64,000 nt of DNA from Magallana gigas (Eukaryota): assembly GCF_963853765.1 (NCBI RefSeq), contig NC_088854.1, forward strand, positions 56,358,001 to 56,422,000. The letters are read 5' to 3'. Positions 52,019 to 62,608 of this stretch are shown here, piece after piece. Numbering within the stretch: the stretch's first letter is position 1; each line of letters opens with the position of its first letter. The position numbers were made by a program, and so were the translations under genes. The notes beneath the pieces are model-generated. The model had not been told where the DNA came from. It ran no database searches and saw nothing but the letters and a program-made list of their open reading frames with translations.

Positions 52019-55000
52019 ATGTCAACTTTGGAAGAGAGAAGAATTGGAGCTGTAGTAGGGGCGCTAGTGGCAGATGCTGCAGGTAAATATTTGTTTTTAA
52101 CTATATCTAAAACAGGCCAAAGATTTATCATTTCATGGAATCCGAATTCAATGCACTACACAGTCATGTCTATATAATTGCGTACATTTACGATGGTTGC
52201 CTGATAGAACCTTACAAAATTTCAAAGCTTGCATACTTTGTATATATGTGAATTTAATGTTGCCATGCATTCACCATGTTCACAAGGTGCATCAGATTGT
52301 TTTACCTAAATTCATAATGTATGAATGTTATGATCATTGTGTATAATTATAAACCTAATTTTAATGTGCAAATTAAATAAATGTATTGTGTGAGAGTAAT
52401 AGTTTTTTTTTAAGAACTCTGTACGTCATGGTGATAGAAACATGTACCGGTACTTAATACTGTAAGTCCATATGCAAAGATAAAAAAATTGAAGATAAAT
52501 TGCATGGAGTTGGAGGCTTTTGAGTTCTCTGCTATCAAAAAGTAGCAATAGAAATAAAATGCTGATCAGCACAATTAATAACTTTTCACACAAATGTAAC
52601 TTTATCAAGGAAATTAGATCATTTCCCTTGGACATATTGTTTATGGATTTGTAAGAAACTCTCTTCCTCCACAGGGGCCACTCATGTTAAAACAGGCTTG
52701 GCCACTGTGTCTTTCTCTTTAGATTTTCATTTAACCATTATCTTAAGCAGCTTTTTTTTCCTATCCTAGCTCAGCCTATTCACTGGAATTATAAGACAGC
52801 AGATTTGGATGACTTTTTGAAAGACAAAGAGGAAGTTGCTTTCTTGGATCCCTCTAGGAACCCCTTTTATTGTATCCAGACGGGTAAACATAGCTGTTAT
52901 GGAGACCAGTCCAGAACCATTCTGAAGTCCCTGGTGGAATTTGAGGGTAATTACTATTTAAATATGATAGGCCTGGAATAAGATTTATTAGAATATTGGA
53001 CTGATTTAAATGTGAGTATGATTTTTCATGCTTGTTTCAGGTGTCAATGTTGGCCAACTAAAAGAATCGATATCTGTTGCTTTTGGTCCATACTCAGAGT
53101 ATGAAAATGAAGTCAATGCTACTTATAAGGATAAGTCAGGTGAGTGAAGGCTGTGTTCAGTAAGCAAAGAATTGTATTTCTAAAACTCTTAAAAAGTCAT
53201 TTGATGAAGGAAGAGAAAGTTGACCTTTTGGAGGATCAGTATTCTGACTGTCTGCCTGCTAGCAAGGAAATCTTCCCCCTTTTGAAGAAGATATTGACAG
53301 TATTTTTTTTTATAAAATGCAGTCTATGGAATACGGAGAAACCCATTTCATCTAGTACATCAAGAGATTTGTTTGCTTGGGTCAGTACTTCCCCTTGTAA
53401 ATGTTCTCACTAGATATCCATGCATATATATTGCGAATATGACTGTGTCTGGCAGTACATTGTACTTGAAAATCCTTTAAAGCAATATGAGCTGCAATTT
53501 TCATGTTGAAATTTTTTTTACGAAAATGTTATTTTCTACTAAAATGACAAAAATATCATGGTTTTTAAATCTCTTTTAGCCATATTTTTTTGTGAAAAGG
53601 CCGTTAAAAAGCCTTAATTGGAGCATAATTGAATTATTGTCGTCCTGTACAAAAATTGATTTGCTATATATTCCTTAGAAGAGAAATCTTTCCTTTGACA
53701 AAAATTAATCATTTTTTCAAATCTTATTTATTATAAAATTTAAGTTATATGCATGCAGACTTATCATACTAGCAGCTTTTTGCAACAAAATAAAATTCTA
53801 AAAAATACAGCTCATATTGCTTTAAAGAATTGGTAACAACATAGAGTAATATTTACATTCTACTATGTTTTTCCATTAAATTCCGTGATGTTTACATGCC
53901 TCTAAATGCAACACCTATTCACTGCGTATGAATTTACAAGTAATTTACATAAGTAGTTCTCAAACAGTGATTTCAATCTATGTTATCGGTTAAAAATGTA
54001 TTTCATAAATGTTGTCAAAACACCATGTTTTATAATTATTCAACAAAACAGTTGACTTTATTGTTAAAACCAACATTTCAATAATTATTTTTCATGGATT
54101 ATATTTTCATGCTCGTCGATCTCATCTCAACAGTCTCTGTAATAACCAGTTTAAACCGGTTTTACAAATCAGCTGTTCTTGCTGTTACTAATTTACTCCT
54201 TCCGTGATCTGCACTTTATATCGATTTATTTAAGTAAACAATTGATTTCTTCAGTAGGGGAATGTAAATATAAGCATTAAATGATTTATTTTTGACGTCG
54301 TCGTGTCAATAACTGCCGTCAGATGAGCAGACACATTATCATAACGCGCTAACGCGCGTTATTCAATTTGTCTGCTCACCTGACGGCAGTTATTGACACG
54401 ACGACGTCAAAAATAAATCATTCAATGCTATATTAATGGACATACCAAGGCTTTCTGTTACCAGTATCATTGATGACTATCAAATTAAAATGTTCTATTG
54501 TGTATGTCAACTATTGTCCCACCATTTTTAACCACTTCAAGATAACATATAATTCAGAATCTAGCTGTCCTCACTCTGTAAAGATGTTTTAGAAGTCATT
54601 TAGGCTGTTAGCAACAAGGATTTTAATGTGATTATGTCTAACTGGAAACAATTTCTCTTTTTACACAGATGTGGTGAAGAAAGTGTATCCAATCAAAAGT
54701 TCTTGGAGGCATAATAGTATTAAGTCCTTTCTGCAGAAATACAAAGATGGAGATCAAATAACAGGTATTTTGGTCATTAAATGTGTTATATAAACTCTGT
54801 TTGTAACTTGCTATTTAGGTGACAAAGAGAATATGTATAGACTTCTTTCCTGTATAACAATTCCTTTCAGTAATATTATCCATTACATTTTATTACAATA
54901 ATTTGTTGTTAAGGAGCATCTAAATTTCTGTACTTATTAATAACAAATTACCGGTAATTCTTTAGATAACATTTTAAAATTATTTTATTAAGAATTATGT

Positions 55001-56895
55001 ACAACTCCTTTTGCAGGTTTTCATTATGTCATTGCAAATTTTCATTTAAGAAAACAGATCCAAGTCCACTTATTATCATGACATGCCCTGTATGTTCGAT
55101 GATTTTAGGGATTGAGAACAACAATTCATTCTCTAAATAGCTCTGTAAAAGAGAATTTTATAAAAAAAATTGTCGTACAATTTTTTTTTAAAAGTGTTCA
55201 TTATGCCATTTTGAAGTTTCAGTAAAAAAACCAGATCTGATTCCACTTATTTTCATGGCATGCCCTTCATGTTTGATGATTTCAGGGATTGAGGACAACC
55301 AAATGGACTGTGTGGTGAATGTGGTTTGTGTGGTGGCCCTCTACGCGGGGCGGCCCGAGATGCTGGACAGGGTGGAGGAAGTGATCACGGTAACCCAGAA
55401 CTCTGACATCAACCTGGCTGTGGCCTTCACGGCAGCGAGGTGGGGCTGTCATTCCTGTGTAGTCCACTACTAAGATATAATTCAGTACATTAGCTACCGT
55501 ACATTGCTTCGTAATGAAATAATGATCATGACGATATGAAATGTTTATCTTTAATAATATGGTTGTGAAAATTCAAGAAAATCGCTCATTGCAAGATGAG
55601 CACAGAACATTTATGAATTGCATTCGTATTTTATCGATAAAAGTCATTTGTTTATGGAATTCACAAAAAGCTCTTAAACTTTATCTTTTCTAATAGAAAT
55701 GAATCCATATTACCATAATTTGTGAAAGATGTATTTGTTCAGCTGTAGTTTGTACATGTTTTCAGACTTCTGGAATACTTTATCCTCCATGGTAAAACTC
55801 CTGGGGTGGAGGCATTGAATGCTGTACTGAAAGAGATGGTTAATCCCCAAAGATCCCACCCCCAGGATCTGGACAGAGCCATGGTCGGCCATATGAAAAA
55901 GGTCATTGATGAAATAGAGACTGACCATATAACAGCAGCTCGGAAATTCAACATCACCTGAGGTAGGCCCTCGCACATAAGGAGTTTGTTTAAATGTTAT
56001 TAGGTGACAGGTGTAAAACCCTAAATTCTTGATAGTGTCTCACTTGTGACATGAAATCAAGCATTTCTTTGTACATCAATGCCAAAACAGATATTTTAGA
56101 ATTATTAGAAATAAAAGTACTTTGATTTGATTAAAGCATTAATGCAGAGAATGATCTTGATCAGCAGAGTTCCAATGGATTTTATGCAAAATACAATGAA
56201 CATGTCAACTGTTTTACGAAAAAAGTGATTGAAGTTTCAAATATTTCTTGTACCTTTGTAATAATTGATTATCCATTGTTCTTCAACATTGATGTATCCT
56301 TTAATAAACATATGCATGTATCATAGAATGTTTTTTTAAAATTGGACAATAGTAATAAACTAATAATCCATTTCTCTTCCTGTTTTTTAGTCTTACCCGG
56401 GGCCTTTCAGTCCGCTGTGCATGGTGTGATTACACACGCCGAGTACGCGACTGGGGTCAGACACACGATCCGAGCTGGGGGATGTAACTGCTCCCGGGCA
56501 GGATTTATTGGAGCATGTCTTGGAGCTCAGGTAGGACATGATACAACATGTTTAAGAGCAATCAGGAACCACAACTCCCAGCACAGAAAATTAAGAAACA
56601 CCAAAAAAAATAAATAATTGTGATTTCAGCTCCATAATTTTCAGTATTTTTTTTTTTCATTTTACTCATCTCATGAGAAATATTTCTTGAAACAAAATAT
56701 CTCTTGAAAGAAAGATTTTCCAAAAATCTTTACTCCATTTTATCAAATTGTTTTGTTACAATCTACATTGTACCAATGTTTTTTTTTTTTAAGAATGGCA
56801 TAAGTGGTATACCAGAAGAATGGAAAAAGAAAACTTTATCATATGAAGAAGTTTTTGAGCTGGCAAAGAAAATGGTGGGAATTTGTGCAAAGTAA
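52019..56895 (+). CDS. SELENOJ: Selenoprotein J (ADP-ribosylglycohydrolase/J1-crystallin family), 342 aa, Sec encoded by UGA at 55959-55961
   Basis: Exons 52019-52082, 52770-52946, 53041-53139, 54669-54764, 55286-55439, 55766-55962, 56391-56530, 56794-56895. Motifs RRIGAVVGALVADAAAQPIHWNY, CYGDQ, FNIT-U-VLPGAFQSAVHG, GGCNCSRAGFIGACLGAQ. The in-frame TGA is mid-domain and the family sequence continues in frame. Confidence 0.9.
54273..54429. mobile_element. Palindromic MITE/foldback element in SelJ intron 3
   Basis: 61-bp arms at 54273-54333 and 54369-54429 with 2 mismatches, around a central ATAACGCGCTAACGCGCGTTAT. No clear TSD. Confidence 0.8.
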
Positions 56896-57647
56896 ACTCG
56901 TGTGACTTGTAATGCACAACAGACAATCGAAAAAGACAAGACAAAACTTTTTATTAAAACTAATATTGCATGTATGTACCTTCTGTTCCTGGCTCTTTAT
57001 ATCTTTTAGTAATATAACTCCAATAAGTCTGTTTCTTCCTTTTAAGGTGGTATGGGACACCTCCATATTGTGACATACTTTCGAAATAAAATCGAGTATA
57101 ATTATATATTTTTTCCCTAATATTGTTACCTAACAGGGTAGTACAATGGGTTAGGGTGTACATCACCTATGAATCTGTAAGTTAAGAGTTACAATTATTA
57201 ATCACTCTGGGGCTTTTATAATTTTTACCTTTCCAAAAAATTTTTAAAACATTTTTTTGTCAAATTTATATTGTTAATTTTGAAAATTCTGGACTGGATA
57301 TTTATTTATAACATATTTTTATCCACATTAAATTAATATCAACAAGTGTCCCATTACTACCTTAAATAGAATGCAAACATGATAAAGAGCATAAGGGACA
57401 AGTGCTCTTCTTGTACATTTTTACCACATACCGGTACTCAGTGTACCGTTATATGGCAAGTGTACATGAATTGAAACATGCCAGCATTGCAGTTGCTAAT
57501 CTAAGTATTAATAGTTTGTTTATTTCTTATTAATTTTGTAATGTGTTTTAATTACAATCTTTTGTTCATTGACAATAAATGTCTCAGTAGTTTGTTTACC
57601 TGGCACTGTTGAGGAATTATAATGAAAACTTCCACATTACCGGTAGT

Positions 57648-57710
57648 TACAACAGAGAATGAAAATCTCTTCTTAAATCCTGATCCAGGCTGATGAGATT
57701 TGATGTTGAA
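57648..57710 (+). promoter_or_regulatory. Type II SECIS element in the SelJ 3' UTR
   Basis: ATGA at 57659-57662, helix II 57663-57672 paired with 57692-57701 (9/10 pairs), AAA at 57675-57677 (12 nt after ATGA), mini-stem CCTG/CAGG (57679-57682 with 57686-57689), GA at 57702-57703, and CAAC/GTTG as part of helix I. Confidence 0.85.
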
Positions 57711-58422
57711 TGCTGTTTTTTGGGGTGGAAATTTTATATTATAACCTTAATGGTGAGGATAATTCAGGCTTTGATTCAAACTTTATTTACCAAGATTGAT
57801 TTTGATATACTTTAACATATTTTGATTTAGAATGTATATGAACATGCATGTATTTGTAGAGTATTTCATATTGTTTTATAAGCACCTGACGTTCTATACT
57901 TGTTACAAAATTGTTTTAATATGATCTATCTACAGTATGATTTACATGTATAAATCTTTTTGTAACAAAGTATGTTTTACTTCTTTCTTATCACTAAAGC
58001 ATTGTTCAGTATGAGAATATTTGAAGTGAGCAGGAGAAGAACATCCTGGATTTATGGTAGAAACTAATATTTATAACCTGAACTTTTGAATCTGATGGCA
58101 TTTTGTAATCAGATAAGTTTTCCTTCCATAGGCCTATCAAATGTTTCTTTGCTTAGAGTGTGTAACAAGTTGAGGAATTGAATTTCCCATTCACTCCGTA
58201 AACCTAAATCTACCATTTAAACCTACATGTTTAAAGCCTTCTGTACTGCTATATAGATTTTATACAAGAAAAGGAAAACAGAAATTTTCATTATTATATA
58301 TTTTATAAATAAGCATAAATCCATATATCACACACATGCAATACAAAGATTTTTAAAAGCTTCCATAAATATTTTAAAGTGAGTATTTGTAACTGAATTT
58401 AACACAATTATAACGCTGCTGG

Positions 58423-59671
58423 TCATGACGGCTCCACAGGGAGGTTATCGATTGGACAGTTTACTGAGGAGTTGGTCAACCACATCTCGATACAGTCCGA
58501 GTGGAAGTGATGGGTGCAGGGCAGGAACTTACGAGTCTGCCCTACTTCATAGACTTCCATGCATATAGTACAAAGTTCACCAGCTATTGTCAAATCAATG
58601 GTTTCTGTTTTAAAGTTTCTTATAGTATTTGAGGAGACTGTTTTAGGTGCAACTTGTTCATCTAGTCTCAGCAGTAGCTCGTAGTCTTCAGGGGTTAGGT
58701 CCCTGTGCTGTAAACCAATCAGAACGTTCACCATGGCACTGTCAAGGTCTATGGAAGCATTGTGATTATCCAGAGCGTACGCCAAGTTTTGGGGTGGAGG
58801 CCGGGGAGCCACATTTGGTTCTTTCACTTTCTTAGAGGTAAAGGCATTCTTTACTTCTTCCCTGCTTAAAGTGAATCTCTCTCTTTTTCTGCTTGGCATA
58901 TAGTTAAGACTTATGGTAATTTCCATTCTCATGAGTTTATAAATGCGGTGATGAATGTATAAACGTTTACGTCCTTGATTGTTTGTCACATTTTTGCAGT
59001 ATTTTGTCTTCACTTGGTTATGTGCTTTTTCTACTTTTCTATCACGATCAGGGCGGATTTCTAATTTCATATTTCCACTTAAGCACCCCTCCATATCTTG
59101 AAGTTTTTCAAAATTTTCTGTTAAAGACTCTAACTCATCACATTCCCTCTCTATTTTATTGAAAATTCCTTCAGCATCTTTTTCACTACTCAGATTGTCA
59201 ATAGTTGGTCTTGGAAAAAGAGAGATTTTGAACCCCATTTCAACTGTTGACAAAGTTTTCCATTTCTTTCCTTTCTTTTCTTGCTTTACTTTCTTCTTAT
59301 GCTGTTGGGTCGTTTTTGAACCATATTTCTCCCAAAATGTCGTTAGGGATCTTGCACTTTCCAGTTCTTTTTTCAGCATTTTTTAACTCGTCATCGATAT
59401 CTATTGTGTCCTTCACTTGACTTACTTCCACTAATTTTTCTTCAGTCACTGTTATTGTCAATGTCTTCATTTCTTCCTTGGAGTTGGAGTTTATATTATT
59501 GTCTGGTGTTGGGTGTATGATTCCGTCATGTTTCCTGTTTTGCTGAGCTAGACTGTTTTGACATAATATTGTGAAGTCATCGCCAAATGAAGACAGGGGG
59601 CTGCGGCACATTATCCCTTCCATGGGATGGTGTCCAAACGATACGGAACGCAGAATTAAAGGTGGTTCCAT
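58423..59671 (-). CDS. Intronless RING-H2 protein (C-terminus ZSWIM2-like), split into two overlapping ORFs by a single-base frameshift near 59379-59384
   Basis: ORF 59671-59297 and ORF 59379-58423 join as IDIDDELK-MLKKELES if one A is removed from a 6-A run, giving about 415 aa. C-terminus LQHRDLTPEDYELLLRLDE...CTICMEVY...LPCTHHFHSDCIEMWL...CPID. Confidence 0.75.
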
Positions 59672-59859
59672 GCTAATTTACAGCTGCACACCCTTCGATT
59701 TTTCGCAAAATGCCGGTGTGACGGCATGACATTGATTTTTATACCTGTAAAAAGACTGACAATTGCACCACTATTGGTAACAAACAACACTTCTATTTTT
59801 AGAAACTAAATAACATGACGTAGGATGTAAAGCATTTGATTGGTCGAATTTTGCGATAG

Positions 59860-59869
59860 TCTCGCGAGA
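59860..59869. promoter_or_regulatory. TCTCGCGAGA palindrome in the bidirectional promoter between the RING-H2 gene and TSEN15
   Basis: Perfect 10-bp palindrome, with a reverse CCAAT box (GATTGG, 59838-59843) nearby. The motif is known from vertebrate housekeeping promoters. Confidence 0.5.
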
Positions 59870-59944
59870 ATTCAGAATGTAAACATAAAATTGGAAAAGC
59901 CCTTCATGCTAATTTTAGACTTAAATAAATTGAAAGTAGGTAGC

Positions 59945-60625
59945 ATGGAGGAAAGTGCAACTCCATATCAACATGTTAAGGTACAGTACAAATCATTTAA
60001 GGCCATTGGTGATTAATACAATTGAATATACTATAAAATTATGCTGATGACTAAATGCGTTAGGTTATTTTTCTAGTTTAAAGAATTGCAGAGTTTTGGA
60101 TTAGAAAATGTGACTCAGATGAGGACAACATTCAATGTATATTTAGACCTGTGTGAAGGTAACTACAGATCACATAATGTGAAAAAGATGTCATGTTTCT
60201 TTTTATTAAAGACAAAACAAGAAAATCTCTCGCTCTCTCTCTCCTTCTTTCTCTCTAGCTCTCTTATGTACCGGTAGATTCCAATTTTTTTTTTCTAAAT
60301 ATTTAACTTTTTTGCAGTTAGAGGATGGTGGAATGTTAAACTTCATGGTTGTCTTGACCTTGACATGGCCTTCATATCAGGTCACCCAACAAGAGAGGAC
60401 CCGAGAGAAATAGTCTTACCTTTGCAGAGCTCTGACAACCTCAGTCCAGACTGTCTTCAGCAATATCTTCAGAATATAAAATTGGACGATTATGAAACTT
60501 ACGGGTAAGTCTCTTGTGTTTTCTTTTTATTTGAAAGCCTCTAAAAGGAGGACCAGACAGAGAAAAAGCTACCATCCACACAGATCTATACAGATGGTGG
60601 GATTAAAACCCAGGCAGTCACACGC

Positions 60626-60706
<81 letters not shown>

Positions 60707-61417
60707 TAATGTGAAGTTAGAAAGATGAAATGAAATCATTATTTGCGGTATGAACTATATGTCATTGGACCAAGACCCCTGCAGCAGAAGGCAGGTGCTC
60801 AATTTTTTAAACCACTGCTCATACAAATATTCACTATTTACATGTATGTACATGTACACTATTCAGTCTACCAGTAAGGCACTGTTAATTTAGCTAAAGA
60901 CTTAAGGCTGATATTTTATTGTAGCTGTATATACATTCGATTTCTGCATGGTTCATTATGCAGTGTTAAGTATAATGTCCATTGTGATTAATGAAGTTTT
61001 AGCAAGTTTGAGAACTTGTAATGACTGATATAGCTGCAGGTCTGTAGCTCCCGGTCTGAAAGAATTCGGATGTATAGAGAACTCCCAGGTCGTCCATCCG
61101 AATTTTTTCAGACCGGGAGCTACAGACCTGCAGCTATGACTGATATTGACCCCCAGACATCGTTAACTGACTAAATGTGTTTTTGTAGAATCACTCTTGC
61201 CATCTGTGACTCGGACACCACAACCGTGTACTACAAGATAACGGAAGGGCTAGTCGACCCTGAACCCCCGGAGGTTACGGAGGTCAAAAAGGTTCAACGA
61301 TTTGAAATGATGAGGAAGCGTCAAATGAACATTCAGGGTGCTATTCAGTCCTATAAAACTGCTAAAGTACTGGACGATGCAACACGAGACACTATAAGGA
61401 CTGTCAGCACTGACTAA
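59945..61417 (+). CDS. TSEN15: tRNA-splicing endonuclease subunit Sen15, 177 aa, 4 exons
   Basis: Exons 59945-59980, 60077-60158, 60318-60504, 61189-61417. Motifs FNVYLDLCEVRGWWNV and ITLAICDSDTTTVYYKITEGLVDP. Confidence 0.85.
60629..60701 (+). repeat. (GA)n microsatellite, about 36 units, in TSEN15 intron 3
   Basis: Directly visible. Confidence 0.97.
61031..61136. mobile_element. 106-bp hairpin MITE with 9-bp TSD in TSEN15 intron 3
   Basis: 42-bp arms at 61031-61072 and 61095-61136 (1 mismatch), TAG...CTA termini, TSD TGACTGATA at 61022-61030 and 61137-61145. Confidence 0.9.
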
Positions 61418-62608
61418 TGGCACAGTTAGCTCAATTTATGTAGGCCAGTTTTAATTGGCGTGTGGACCAAGATTCTCGTACCAGACCGGTAAAGCAGAGT
61501 ATTACGAGTGGAGAGAATAGACGTTGTTTATTTGTTTATTGATGGAGAGTCAGTGCCCTCAGGTGCCTGGCTGCTTTATGGGTTTATTCACAAGCAGGAC
61601 ATGGATAGCTTTACTGTCAAGTAAAAAAAAAATTGAAAATTAAAACTTTGAAGAAAGTGTTTTTTGTTTTTATTTTTTATTTTACAAGCTAAAAAGAAAG
61701 CATAGACAAGAATTTTTGTCTCAGATATTCTAATAATAAGCTCGAAAAAGTACATTATAAATAAACCCAAATATAAAATCAATTTCAGTAGGCCTGGATG
61801 GAATCACCACTCGGGGTCATGGCCTGATTAATATCTAAGTTATATTGATAAATCTGACTAAAATCACAGCAAATATACGAAAAATACAATGTTTACGACA
61901 TTCTAAAACGTTAAATGATTGGGGCTTTAGAATATTCTAATGATTGGTTATCGAATAAATGATTTCATTTCGTGGAAAATATTAATCCCCGGTAAGCATG
62001 AACAAGTTAAACCACGTCAATCCATGTTTGTGGCCGCTCTTATGACGAGATCTTCATCACCGTCCGTGTTTTAAAACAAGATAAATGTTTCAACCCCGGC
62101 AAACAGCGTGTCTGACAACGATGTCGCCCCATAACGATATTATTCCCGACACATGTTCCTTTTGTTTAAGTTGTTTTTCAATATTTTTCGATCGAAGATT
62201 TGTTGTTAAATCTTTGGCTGTTATTGTGTTTTTCTGTGTACCTGACGATGATTGAACATTCTGTTATATATGTTTGCCACAAAATGTAAAGGAGGCATGA
62301 GAAAGCTACAAATATTTCTGGATCTGTCAGGGCGCGATAGAAGGTCCATTTAGAGGCAGACAGAGTGGCGGAGTGTTCAGCAAATCGACATAGAAAGGTA
62401 TGTAGCCATTTTAAAATGCACGTTATTTTGTCTGATTTTAAGTATGTAAAATGCAAACTTATATTGCATGTATTATGTTAATTATTTCTTGCATTGACCG
62501 TTTTTTACTATTATAAATCTGATTATGACTGAATAATATATGAATATTGATAATGACGTTTCGCTAGTTTTTCCATTCATTTTTTTTTTTTAGTTTCAAA
62601 ACCTGGAT

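Noticed and set aside
56902-56930. Alternative SECIS candidate (GTGA...AA...GA) just after the SelJ stop
   Set aside because: Helix II does not pair, and the 57648-57710 candidate fits the consensus far better.
59375-59390. Programmed ribosomal frameshift in the RING-H2 gene
   Set aside because: The required shift is +1, there is no X XXY YYZ heptamer or evident stimulatory structure, and a homopolymer indel is simpler.
60492-60728. ORF with a poly-RE tract
   Set aside because: It is a translation of the intronic (GA)n microsatellite in TSEN15.
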